The notes beneath the pieces are model-generated. The model worked only from the letters and a program-made list of their open reading frames with translations. It was not told the origin of the DNA and did no database searches. This document shows, piece after piece, positions 1 to 9,245 of a stretch of DNA of 64,000 bases (its first letter is position 1; each line of letters begins with the position of its first letter). The DNA is taken from the NCBI GenBank assembly GCA_963675935.2, contig CAXXPV010000007.1, forward strand, positions 133,038 to 197,037. Reading direction: 5' to 3'. Both the position numbers and the translations under genes were made by a program. The DNA comes from Thermoguttaceae bacterium. Its GTDB lineage: Bacteria; Planctomycetota; Planctomycetia; Pirellulales; Thermoguttaceae.

Positions 1-288
1 CCGAAGATGTGATTGGCCCGAGGGGCCTATGACGAATGGGATCGGACGGTTACCTTGCCCTTTCCGCCCGGTTGGCCACCATGTTTGGTGGCACGTCACA
101 GGCCCCTATTTTATTGGTAGGTGCAATTTTCGGCAAGCTTTTTGTTGCCTACACGCGAAAAAGCCTACCTAAACACCCCAACCTCTTTTCTCGCAAACAG
201 TTGCGCCACCGCCCGGAAGAAGCGCAGACGAAACGGCCCTCGACTGCTAGAATTGTATTGGGATTTGTCTGGCCCTTGGGCTTCTTTC

Positions 289-1002
289 ATGTTCAGTTCG
301 CGGATTCTTGCTGACTTGCACGCGGCGGCGCCGTTGGTGGCGCCGTCGTTGCTGGCTTGTGATTTCGCCAAACTCGGCGAAGAAATCCGCCGCGTCGAAC
401 AGGCCGGTGCGAAGCTGCTCCATCTCGACATCATGGACGGACACTTCGTGCCCAATTTGAGCATTGGAGTTCCCGTGGTCGAGGCCGTGCGCCGCTCGAC
501 CCAATTGCCGCTCGACGTGCATCTGATGATTTCCGAGCCGGCTCGCTACGCAAGGCGGTTCCGCGAGGCCGGCGCCGATCTGCTGACGATCCACATCGAA
601 GCGATGCCCGACCCACGGCCGTTGCTCCGCGAAATTCGCGAAATGGGGGCTGTCGCGGGCCTGTCGCTCAATCCGCCCACGCCGGTCGAGTCGGTCGAAA
701 AATATCTCGACGATTGCGACCTCGTGCTGGTGATGAGCGTGATGCCGGGCTTCGGCGGCCAGAAGTTCGATCCCGTGGCGCTCGAAAAACTCCGCCGGCT
801 GCGGGAGATCGGCGGGCCAGGCCTGCTGCTGTCAGTCGATGGAGGCGTGAACGCCGACACGGCCGAAGCGTGCGCCGCGTCCGGCGCCCAACTGCTGGTG
901 ATCGGTTCGGCTTTGTTTTCTCAAGACAATTACGGCCGGTTCCTCGACGAGGTGACCGGGCTTGCCCAATCAGCGAAGGAATCGCTGGTTTCGCGATGTT
1001 AA
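289..1002 (+). CDS. rpe: ribulose-phosphate 3-epimerase
   Basis: ORF 121..1002 trimmed to the ATG at 289. Motifs PSLLACDF, HLDIMDGHFVPN, DVHLM, MSVMPGFGGQKF and VDGGVN are typical of Rpe. Confidence 0.9.
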   Translation: MFSSRILADLHAAAPLVAPSLLACDFAKLGEEIRRVEQAGAKLLHLDIMDGHFVPNLSIGVPVVEAVRRSTQLPLDVHLMISEPARYARRFREAGADLLTIHIEAMPDPRPLLREIREMGAVAGLSLNPPTPVESVEKYLDDCDLVLVMSVMPGFGGQKFDPVALEKLRRLREIGGPGLLLSVDGGVNADTAEACAASGAQLLVIGSALFSQDNYGRFLDEVTGLAQSAKESLVSRC

Positions 1003-1012
1003 GGTATCAAAT

Positions 1013-1597
1013 ATGTTTCAGCTTGTGTTGATTCGTCCAGGCTCGACCGACTACGACGTGCAAGAGCGAATACTCGGCAGTCTGGACATTCCGTTGAACG
1101 AGCAGGGCTTGGCCGAGGCGGTCGAGACGGTGAAACTGCTTGAAGGCAAACCGCTCGAAGCCGTTTTCACGCCCACCTCGCAGCCGTCGCTGCAAACCGC
1201 CGAGATCATCACCAAGGCCCTGAAGATCAAACTCAAGAAGCTCGACCGGCTTCTCAATCACAACCAGGGCCTCTGGCAGGGAATGCTTGTGGAAGAAGTG
1301 CGTCACAAACAGCCGAAGGTGTATCGTCAGTGGCAGGAACAGCCGGAAAACGTCTGTCCGCCGGAAGGCGAGATGCTCGGCGAGGCCGACGATCGAGTGC
1401 GCGGCGCCCTGTTGAAACTGCTGAAGCGCCGGAAAGAGGGCTGCATTGGGCTGGTGCTGCCCGAACCGCTTCTGAGTTTGGCCCGCCGCTTCGTGACCCA
1501 CGAACCGCTGGGCGATTTGTGGACGCCGACGAACCGGCATGAGCGGTTCGAGGTTTTTGAGGTGCAAGTCGAAGAGTTATTGGCCGCGGGAGTTTGA
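1013..1597 (+). CDS. histidine phosphatase (phosphoglycerate mutase-like) family protein; canonical RHG replaced by RPG
   Basis: ORF 962..1597 trimmed to the ATG at 1013. The N-terminus LVLIRPGSTDYDVQERILGSLDIPLNEQG follows the family pattern L.L.RHGeT...G..D.pL...G, but with Pro at the catalytic His position. Confidence 0.6.
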   Translation: MFQLVLIRPGSTDYDVQERILGSLDIPLNEQGLAEAVETVKLLEGKPLEAVFTPTSQPSLQTAEIITKALKIKLKKLDRLLNHNQGLWQGMLVEEVRHKQPKVYRQWQEQPENVCPPEGEMLGEADDRVRGALLKLLKRRKEGCIGLVLPEPLLSLARRFVTHEPLGDLWTPTNRHERFEVFEVQVEELLAAGV

Positions 1598-1602
1598 CGG
1601 AA

Positions 1603-1672
1603 GGGTCTTAGGTCTTAGGTCTTGGGACTTAGGTCTTGGCACAAAGACCTAAGCCCTAAGTCCTAAGACCCC
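1603..1672. repeat. imperfect hairpin built from GGTCTTAGG/GGGACTT-type short repeats; likely terminator/REP-like element, family 1
   Basis: Left arm gggtcttaggtcttaggtcttgggacttaggtctt, loop ggcacaa, right arm agacctaagccctaagtcctaagaccc. It lies directly after the stop at 1597. The same repeat family occurs at 48249-48462 and 59464-59512. Confidence 0.75.
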
Positions 1673-1745
1673 CTTGGTTGCGGCTCTGCCGCGTTAGGCT
1701 GAAGCATAACCTACAACAAGTCAGTCCCCAGCCCCTTTCATACCC

Positions 1746-2597
1746 ATGCCGACACAATCTGCCAATTTGAGCGGTTGGAAGAACATGCTGAAGCGTCCCA
1801 AACGCGGCGTGCCCGAGGGCCTTTGGAAACGTTGCCCCGGCTGCCAGGCGACCATTTTTCGCAAAGAAGCGGAAAAACGGCTGGGCGTCTGCCCTGAGTG
1901 CGACTACCACTGGTACGTCCCCGCCCGGCAGCGCATCGCGCAGGTGCTCGACGAAGGCACGTTCGAGGAATGGGACGCCGACCTGGAATCGGCCGACCCG
2001 CTGGGATTCGTCGATAGCAAGCCGTATCCGACTCGAATTGTCGAGGAGCAAGCCCGGACGGGTTTGCGCGAGGCGGCCGTAACCGGCGCCGGCATGATCC
2101 GCGGCCGCCCCGTGGCGTTCGGTGTCACCGATTCGGCTTTCATCATGGGGAGCATGGGCTCGGTGGTCGGCGAAAAGCTGACCCGGGCCGTCGAGCGGGC
2201 CACGGCGCAACAGTTGCCGCTAATTATCATTTCCGGCTCCGGCGGCGGCGCGCGGATGCACGAGGGCTTGCTCTCGCTGATGCAGATGGCCAAGGTTTCC
2301 GCGGCCTTGGCCCGGCACGATACGGCCGGCGGCCTGTTCATCTCGGTGTTGACCAACCCGACGATGGGCGGCGTGGCGGCCAGTTTCGCTTCGTTGGGCG
2401 ACGTGGTGTTCGCCGAGCCGCGCGCCCTGATCGGCTTCGCCGGCCCGAGAACCATCAAAGCCACGATCCGCATCGAGTTGCCCAAGGGCTTTCAGACGAG
2501 CGAATTCCTGTTGGAACACGGCTTCATCGACCGCATCGTCCGGCGGCAGGATTTGAAGAGCGAACTGGCCAGGACGATCGACTATTGCGGGAAGTAG
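1746..2597 (+). CDS. accD: acetyl-CoA carboxylase carboxyltransferase beta subunit
   Basis: N-terminal zinc ribbon CPGCQ...CPECDYH, followed by a carboxyltransferase core ([25 protein letters not shown]). Confidence 0.9.
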   Translation: MPTQSANLSGWKNMLKRPKRGVPEGLWKRCPGCQATIFRKEAEKRLGVCPECDYHWYVPARQRIAQVLDEGTFEEWDADLESADPLGFVDSKPYPTRIVEEQARTGLREAAVTGAGMIRGRPVAFGVTDSAFIMGSMGSVVGEKLTRAVERATAQQLPLIIISGSGGGARMHEGLLSLMQMAKVSAALARHDTAGGLFISVLTNPTMGGVAASFASLGDVVFAEPRALIGFAGPRTIKATIRIELPKGFQTSEFLLEHGFIDRIVRRQDLKSELARTIDYCGK

Positions 2598-2607
2598 GGA
2601 TTCGTCC

Positions 2608-3471
2608 ATGCCCCTGTTCGACCAACTCAAAACGTTTCTCTCCAGCAGCACGCACATGAACGTGTCGAAGCGTTTTGCGCTGCTGCACGAGGCCATTTCG
2701 GGAACGATGTCGAGCTTCTACATGGCCCGCGATCTGCGCGACAATCGCATCGTGGGACTGAAAATTCTCGATCCGAAAAAAACCGTCGCGTTCGAGAGCC
2801 GATTCAAGGGACTCGTCAAACCGTCGGAAGGCGAAATCGCAAGCCAACTGAAACATCCCAACATCGTCGAAACCTTCGAGTTCGGCCTGACGACTGAAGG
2901 GGCGCAATACCTGGTGATGGAGTATCTCGACGGGCCGAACATGAACGCCGCGCTGGCCGCCCACGATCCATGCCTCACAACGCATCGGGTGCATTTCATC
3001 CGCGAGGCCGCTAAAGCCGTCGCGGCTGTTCACGCGGCCGGCTTCATCCACCGCGACATTTGCCCTCGCAACTTTTTGTTGACGAACAAACGTCAAGACA
3101 TCAAGCTGATCGATTTCGGGCTGACCGTTCCGGCCACGGAGTGGTTTATGCAGCCGGGCAATCGGACCGGCACGCCCAACTACATGGCGCCCGAACTGGT
3201 CCGCCGCCACGCGACCGACCAGCGGCTCGACGTGTTCGCCTTCGGCGTGACCGCTTTCGAGTTCTGCACGTTCGAGCTGCCTTGGGTTCGCGGAACGACC
3301 GGCATGGCCGCCATGAGCCACGATCAGCCGCCGATCGACATTCACAAGTATTGTCCCGACATCAACCCTCAGTTGGCCAAGGCGATTCACGCTTGCATCG
3401 AGCCGGAGGTGTCGCGGCGATGTCCCTCGATGGAAGAGTTTTTGCGGATGATTCGGAAGCTGCCCGCGTAG
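2608..3471 (+). CDS. stand-alone Ser/Thr protein kinase domain protein
   Basis: Motifs VGLK (Lys), HRDICPRN catalytic loop, DFG, and TPNYMAPE. The glycine-rich loop is degenerate (ISGTMSSFY). No extra domains. Confidence 0.8.
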   Translation: MPLFDQLKTFLSSSTHMNVSKRFALLHEAISGTMSSFYMARDLRDNRIVGLKILDPKKTVAFESRFKGLVKPSEGEIASQLKHPNIVETFEFGLTTEGAQYLVMEYLDGPNMNAALAAHDPCLTTHRVHFIREAAKAVAAVHAAGFIHRDICPRNFLLTNKRQDIKLIDFGLTVPATEWFMQPGNRTGTPNYMAPELVRRHATDQRLDVFAFGVTAFEFCTFELPWVRGTTGMAAMSHDQPPIDIHKYCPDINPQLAKAIHACIEPEVSRRCPSMEEFLRMIRKLPA

Positions 3472-3538
3472 AACGGAATTCATTCCGTTCATTCTCGTTC
3501 CCGCGCTCCATTCTCGTTCCCACGCTCCGTGTGGGAAC
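3471..3538. terminator. hairpin cluster between convergent genes (REP-like, family CCCACGCTCCGYGTGRGG)
   Basis: Contains aacggaat-tc-attccgtt, a direct repeat cattctcgttccc x2, then the hairpin gttcccacgctccgtgtgggaac. It sits between the stop at 3471 (+) and the stop at 3546 (-). Confidence 0.55.
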
Positions 3539-3545
3539 AAGATGT

Positions 3546-4652
3546 TTACCTTTTCCGCGAGTCAATCATGGCATCCCGCATTTTCTCAATCGCCGCCACT
3601 TGCTCCGCCGTACACGGCACGCCCGCGCCCCGCGGCGGAACATCGGGTACGAGCTGACGGCTAATCTCCGCCAATAACACGTCGATCCCGTTGCCGAGCG
3701 TCGCGCTGGTCGAAACGCCCGGCGGCCGAACGCCCGACGCCGACGGCCGATCGCTTTTGTTATGCGTTAGAACGGCGCGGGGCCACTCGTCGAAAAGCGT
3801 CTGGTCCTCGGCCGACCACGGTTCGCTTCCGTCGGCGACTAGAACCACGAGATCGGCCCGCGAAAGCCGCTCCCTCGCACGTTCGACGCCGATCTGCTCG
3901 ACCGGGTCGCGGGTCGCCCGCAGTCCGGCCGTGTCGCACAGCTCGACCGGCCAGCCGTCGATGGCCGTCGTCAGCGCGACGGCGTCGCGGGTGGTTCCCG
4001 GCTGATCGTGAACGATCGTGCGGGCGTAGCCGGCCAGGGCGTTGATAAGACTGCTCTTGCCGACGTTCGGCCGGCCGGCCAGCACGACGCTCCAAGGGCG
4101 GGTCAGATGTTCGCCCAATTTCGCCCACGACAAAAGCAAGCCGATCCGCCGCTGAGCGGAGAGCGAATCGCCGCGGCCGATGTCGTTCTGGATTTCGTCA
4201 AGTTCGCGCCGCAGCGCCCCGTGATATTGGTCCAAGAGGATGGCGGCGGTTCGCTCGGTGGGAGCTTCGGCCAAGGCTGCGAGCGCGGCGTACTCCTCGC
4301 ACGGAGCGTGAGGAGTACGGGCGGTCGCCCATTCTTGCCACGTCATCGGCTGGCATCCGGCGTCGGCCAACGAATCCTCGATCATCGTCGCGACGGCCCG
4401 CCCGCCGTGGCAATGCAGTTCGACAGCGTCATCGCTCGTGCGGCGCACGACGACTTCCTCGCCGCTTGAGCCGCCGAAGCGGCCCATCACGATTTGATCG
4501 ACGGGATATTCGGCCAGCGGCCGGCCGTCGTGGGCGAGGAATCGCGCGGCGACGGCCTCGACGGCGCCCGGCCCTTCGACGTGCAGCGTGGCCACGGCGC
4601 CGCGACCGAGCGGAGTGAGACGAACGACCATAAGCGGCGGCGGGTTCGGCAT
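3546..4652 (-). CDS. MnmE/TrmE-like tRNA-modification GTPase, short form lacking the C-terminal helical half and the C-terminal CIGK-type motif
   Basis: G domain motifs GRPNVGKSSLINAL, TTRD, DTAG and NKSD. The N-terminal domain resembles the MnmE folate-binding domain. Length is 368 aa and the protein ends ...AIEKMRDAMIDSRKR. Confidence 0.65.
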   Translation of the reverse strand: MPNPPPLMVVRLTPLGRGAVATLHVEGPGAVEAVAARFLAHDGRPLAEYPVDQIVMGRFGGSSGEEVVVRRTSDDAVELHCHGGRAVATMIEDSLADAGCQPMTWQEWATARTPHAPCEEYAALAALAEAPTERTAAILLDQYHGALRRELDEIQNDIGRGDSLSAQRRIGLLLSWAKLGEHLTRPWSVVLAGRPNVGKSSLINALAGYARTIVHDQPGTTRDAVALTTAIDGWPVELCDTAGLRATRDPVEQIGVERARERLSRADLVVLVADGSEPWSAEDQTLFDEWPRAVLTHNKSDRPSASGVRPPGVSTSATLGNGIDVLLAEISRQLVPDVPPRGAGVPCTAEQVAAIEKMRDAMIDSRKR

Positions 4653-4655
4653 GAT

Positions 4656-5294
4656 TCAGGCAACGTCCGGCAGATTGCGCAACACTTCTTCGTAGGTCGA
4701 ATTTTCCGTCAACGTCTTGACAACGATGGGCATCGGCTCCACCCAGATGCCGGGAAGGTCGAGCTCGCCGGGCGTGACGAGGGCAAAGGCAAGTCGCTCG
4801 ACCGGAGGAGTGAACCGAGCGTCAACGCCCGGCTTGTTTCCGCGAGAATCGACGCGATACCAGCCATATTCCTGGAGATACACCGCGTTCAACCCGTGCA
4901 GGCAGAATCGCGGCGATTGGGCGTCAAGCGTGAGCCGCTGGTAGCACAAACCGGCGGGAATCCCGTTGGCGCGGAGCAACGCGGCCAGCAGGTGGCTCTT
5001 GGCATAACAGTAGCCCGTGCCGTGAAGCAGAACGTCGGACGCCCTGCAAGTGATCGGATTGCGACGGAAGTCGAGGCTGTGCTGGATGCCGTCGCGGACG
5101 AACTCGAAGCAGCGCCGGGCCGTTTCAATCTCGTCATGGCCGGCAAGCTCGGCGGCTTTGGCCGCAATCGAGGGATGACCACAGTCGATGAATTCGCCGG
5201 CGGCCAGGTACTTTTTTGGAGTCTCGTTCATCCTTCCCAGCGTACCGGTTTTCGGCTGGTTCATCAACCGGCGGCTTGCGGCATCGGGTGGCAA
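4656..5294 (-). CDS. transglutaminase-like cysteine protease superfamily protein
   Basis: GTGYCYAKSHLLAALLRANGIPAG matches the transglutaminase-core Cys motif, with downstream H and D residues. The start is uncertain; alternative Met codons lie at 5264 and 5231. Confidence 0.7.
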   Translation of the reverse strand: MPPDAASRRLMNQPKTGTLGRMNETPKKYLAAGEFIDCGHPSIAAKAAELAGHDEIETARRCFEFVRDGIQHSLDFRRNPITCRASDVLLHGTGYCYAKSHLLAALLRANGIPAGLCYQRLTLDAQSPRFCLHGLNAVYLQEYGWYRVDSRGNKPGVDARFTPPVERLAFALVTPGELDLPGIWVEPMPIVVKTLTENSTYEEVLRNLPDVA

Positions 5295-5311
5295 TTGCTA
5301 TCCTGCGCCGC

Positions 5312-6286
5312 ATGGCATATTTAATCGGAACCGACGAAGCGGGCTACGGACCCAACCTGGGGCCGCTGGTGATTTCGGCCACCCTCTGGGAAGTGCCGGA
5401 CGGCGTCGGCGTCGAAAATCTGTTCAATCACCTCGGCCACGTCATCGCGCCGGAGCTGCGCAGGCAGGCGGGGAATGCCGCCCCTTCGCCCATCGTCATG
5501 GCCGACTCGAAGGCGATCTTTTCGCCCGACAAAGGGCTGCGGCATTTGGAACGTGGACTCTGGGCGGCGATGGCGCAATGGGGCCATTGTCCGCGAACGT
5601 GGCGCGACGTGTGGCTGGCCCTTGCGCCGGCGGCGCTCGATTCCATGCCGATCGCGCCTTGGTATCGCGATTACGACGCGCCGGCCCCCTCGGCGCACGA
5701 CGCCGCGGAACTCGATGCCACGGGCCAACAGTTGCGCGAAGGGCTGGCCTCGGCCGGCGTGCGGCTTGCAGCCGTGCGGAGCCGGGCGATCTTCGCCCAT
5801 GAGTTCAACGAACTCGTCGATCGTCACCTGTTGAAAAGCACGGCGCTTTCGCACGAAACGCTTGCCTTGGCGGCCGGCCTGATCGAGCCGCTGCCAGCCG
5901 GGCCAATCTCGGTCGTCTGCGACAAGCACGGCGGTCGGAATCGCTACGCGCCGTTTCTAGCCGAACATTTTCCCGACTCGCTGGTCGAGGTTTACGGCGA
6001 GGGACGCGAGCGGAGCGTGTACCGGTTCGGTCCATCGAAGCGCCGCGTCGAAGTGTGTTTTCGCATGAAGGCCGAGTCCTGCTTGCCCGCGGCCTTGGCC
6101 TCGATGGCGTCGAAGTATTTGCGTGAGCTGGCCATGCAGGCGTTCAACGAGTATTGGCGCGGACACGTGCCAGGTTTGCAGCCGACTGCCGGCTATCCGC
6201 AAGACGCCCGGCGGTTTCGCATCGACATCGCCGAAACGCAGAAGCGGTTGCATGTTGATGATCGAGTGCTTTGGCGCGAGAGGTGA
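5312..6286 (+). CDS. divergent RNase HII-like (RNase H2 fold) protein
   Basis: ORF trimmed to the ATG at 5312. Motifs GTDEAGYGP (DEAGRGP-like), MADSK, VVCDKHGG and ALASMASKYLRELAM (like ASIxAKVxRD). A long insertion lies between the motifs. Confidence 0.5.
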   Translation: MAYLIGTDEAGYGPNLGPLVISATLWEVPDGVGVENLFNHLGHVIAPELRRQAGNAAPSPIVMADSKAIFSPDKGLRHLERGLWAAMAQWGHCPRTWRDVWLALAPAALDSMPIAPWYRDYDAPAPSAHDAAELDATGQQLREGLASAGVRLAAVRSRAIFAHEFNELVDRHLLKSTALSHETLALAAGLIEPLPAGPISVVCDKHGGRNRYAPFLAEHFPDSLVEVYGEGRERSVYRFGPSKRRVEVCFRMKAESCLPAALASMASKYLRELAMQAFNEYWRGHVPGLQPTAGYPQDARRFRIDIAETQKRLHVDDRVLWRER

Positions 6287-6289
6287 ACG

Positions 6290-6781
6290 ATGGAACTCTA
6301 CATCATTCGACACGCTTGGGCCGAGCAGCGCAACGATGGACAATGGTCGAACGACGACCTGCGGCCGTTGACCGCGGAAGGTCGGGCGAGATTCGCCAAA
6401 ATGGCCAAGAAGCTCGGCCGCGTCGGCATGATGCCCGAGGTGATCGCCACAAGTCCGCTGGTCCGTTGCGTCGAGACGGCGCGAATCGCGGCGGCCGGTC
6501 GGCCCGACGTCGAAATCGTCGAGCTTGACGAACTGCTGCCGGGCGGTAATTTGGAAGAGTTATTGCGATGGACCGTGGGGCAGGCCCGCGATCATCGAGA
6601 AATCGCGTGGGTGGGCCATGCGCCCGACGTTGGATTGATGACCTCTGCGCTGATCGGCGGTGGCGACGGTCGGATACGTTTCGCCAAGGGGGCCGTGGCG
6701 GCCGTCCGGTTTGACGACTTGCCCTCGCTCGGCGCCGGTGAGCTACAATGGTTTATCGCTGCAAAACTGCTGGGCTGTTAA
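6290..6781 (+). CDS. phosphohistidine phosphatase SixA-like (histidine phosphatase family)
   Basis: LYIIRHAWAE (RHx motif), ATSPLVRCVETA and VGHAPD. The size of about 160 aa is typical of SixA. Confidence 0.7.
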   Translation: MELYIIRHAWAEQRNDGQWSNDDLRPLTAEGRARFAKMAKKLGRVGMMPEVIATSPLVRCVETARIAAAGRPDVEIVELDELLPGGNLEELLRWTVGQARDHREIAWVGHAPDVGLMTSALIGGGDGRIRFAKGAVAAVRFDDLPSLGAGELQWFIAAKLLGC

Positions 6782-6819
6782 TATAGGATTAATATAGAAT
6801 TTTTAAGAGGAGAAGAAAC

Positions 6820-7806
<987 letters not shown>

Positions 7807-7974
7807 TGGGAGGGTAGTCTCCAGCGACGAACATGCCTGCATTCATACTCAGCACTTGACAAATCCCCGGAGTTCGATCAATCTGGAGCCATTCGGGGAG
7901 GACAAGTTCGCAAGGCGGTTTCGACCGCATGAGTCGAAATCGACGACTTCTCTTTGCAACCACTGGAATAGAAA

Positions 7975-8973
7975 ATGGAACGCTATCTGGTCACCGGCTG
8001 CGCCGGATTTATCGCATCGAAAGTCGCCACACTGTTGTTGGACGCCGGCCACTCGGTTGTGGGCATCGACAACCTGAACGACGCCTATGACCCACGACTG
8101 AAGCAATGGCGGCTTGCCCAGTTGCAGACCCGCGATAACTTCAAGTTTCACCAGATTGACATTTCCGATTTCAATGTCTTGGAGCCGATCTTCGCGGCCG
8201 AGGGCAATGGGTCGCCATTTCAGGCCGTGGTCAACTTGGCGGCCCGCGCCGGCGTGCGGCCTTCGGTCGCGAATCCCTGGGTCTATTACCAGTCCAACTG
8301 TCTGGGCACGCTCAACCTGTTGGAAATGTGCCGTCGGCATGGCGTCGGCAAGTTCCTGCTGGCCTCCACGTCGAGCCTCTACGGGTTGCACAACCCGGCG
8401 CCCTACCGGGAAGACGCCGACACGAATCGGCCGTTGTCGCCCTATGCGGCCTCGAAAAAAGCGGCCGAGGCGATGGCCTTCACGTACCATCACTTGCACG
8501 GCATCGACGTTTCGATCCCCCGCTACTTCACGGTTTATGGTCCGGCCGGCCGGCCCGACATGAGCGTCTTCCGTTTCATCCGCCGCATCGCCGAGGGCGA
8601 GCCGATCGTGGTGTTCGGCGACGGATCGCAGAGCCGCGATTTCACGTTTGTCGACGACATCGCGCGGGGCACGGTCGCCGCGCTGCGCCCGCTGGGCTAC
8701 GAAGTCATCAATCTGGGCGGCGACCGGCAGGTCGAACTTCGCGCGGTCATCGACGAGATCGCCCGGCTTGTCGGAAAGAGCCCAGTGATCGAATACCGGC
8801 CGATGCACCGGGCCGACGTTCCGGCGACATGGGCCGACGTGTCGAAAGCGGCCCGACTGCTCGACTGGCGGCCGACCGTTTCAATTGAAGAGGGGCTTCG
8901 CCGTTCGGTCGAGTGGTATCAGGCGAACCGCGAAATGGCCCGCTCGCTCGAACTTTGCGACCGGACGGAGTAG
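7975..8973 (+). CDS. NAD-dependent nucleotide-sugar epimerase (UDP-glucuronate 4-epimerase-like, SDR family)
   Basis: YLVTGCAGFIASKVATLLLDAGHSVVGIDNLNDAYDPRLKQWRL, the YAASK catalytic motif, and RYFTVYGPAGRPDM. Confidence 0.8.
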   Translation: MERYLVTGCAGFIASKVATLLLDAGHSVVGIDNLNDAYDPRLKQWRLAQLQTRDNFKFHQIDISDFNVLEPIFAAEGNGSPFQAVVNLAARAGVRPSVANPWVYYQSNCLGTLNLLEMCRRHGVGKFLLASTSSLYGLHNPAPYREDADTNRPLSPYAASKKAAEAMAFTYHHLHGIDVSIPRYFTVYGPAGRPDMSVFRFIRRIAEGEPIVVFGDGSQSRDFTFVDDIARGTVAALRPLGYEVINLGGDRQVELRAVIDEIARLVGKSPVIEYRPMHRADVPATWADVSKAARLLDWRPTVSIEEGLRRSVEWYQANREMARSLELCDRTE

Positions 8974-9028
8974 CAAGCGGCATTTTGCGACACGGCCTGA
9001 TCAACCGTTCACGGGTCGGAGAAACACC

Positions 9029-9232
9029 GTCATTCTGAGCGAAGCGAAGAATCTCGTCCGCGTCGCTCCCACGGGAGATTCTTCGCTTCGCTCAGAGGAT
9101 GTGATTTTTTCGACTGCTTGACGAGGCACGCGACGTAAGTCGTTATTTCTCGTCGTTTCGGCAACCAAGGAATAAGGACTTACGTCAACGATTCCGCCAG
9201 TCGTCGAAAAAATCACAGCCTCTCAGAATGAC
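9029..9232. repeat. nested palindromes between convergent genes; probable bidirectional terminator/REP cluster
   Basis: Perfect 21-bp stem ctgagcgaagcgaagaatctc (9035-9055) / gagattcttcgcttcgctcag (9075-9095). Second stem gtgattttttcgac (9101) / gtcgaaaaaatcac (9216), enclosing gacgtaagtc/gacttacgtc. Outer arms gtcattctgag (9029) / ctcagaatgac (9232). Confidence 0.8.
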
Positions 9233-9245
9233 CGAGAATAGTCTT

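Noticed and set aside
121-288. N-terminal extensions offered by the ORF track: rpe from 121, RNase HII-like from 5216, GT4 from 22393, GT from 23691, AAC(3)-like from 24886, BNR from 25863, fnlA from 27079, hisF from 44129, and others
   Set aside because: The extensions overlap upstream genes or intergenic repeats and lack family similarity. Internal ATG/GTG codons coincide with the start of homology, and often with an SD or a stop/start overlap.
2608-3471. Functional link between accD and the adjacent stand-alone kinase
   Set aside because: Only adjacency supports it. There is an 11-nt gap, no overlap, and no known pathway connection that I can name.
2524-3540. Long antisense ORF (338 aa) opposite the kinase gene. 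Similar long antisense or alternate-frame ORFs occur at 6841..7842, 7849..8808, 15256..16404, 26938..28119, 28047..29162, 34969..35997, 37385..38425, 39152..40318, 41190..42017, 42563..43585, 45210..46166, 49273..50505, 49541..50392, 54781..55968, 57817..58539, and 60752..61993.
   Set aside because: All lie opposite or out of frame to ORFs with clear family motifs. They have Arg/Gly/Pro/Ala-rich low-complexity composition typical of non-coding frames in GC-rich DNA, and show no recognisable motifs.
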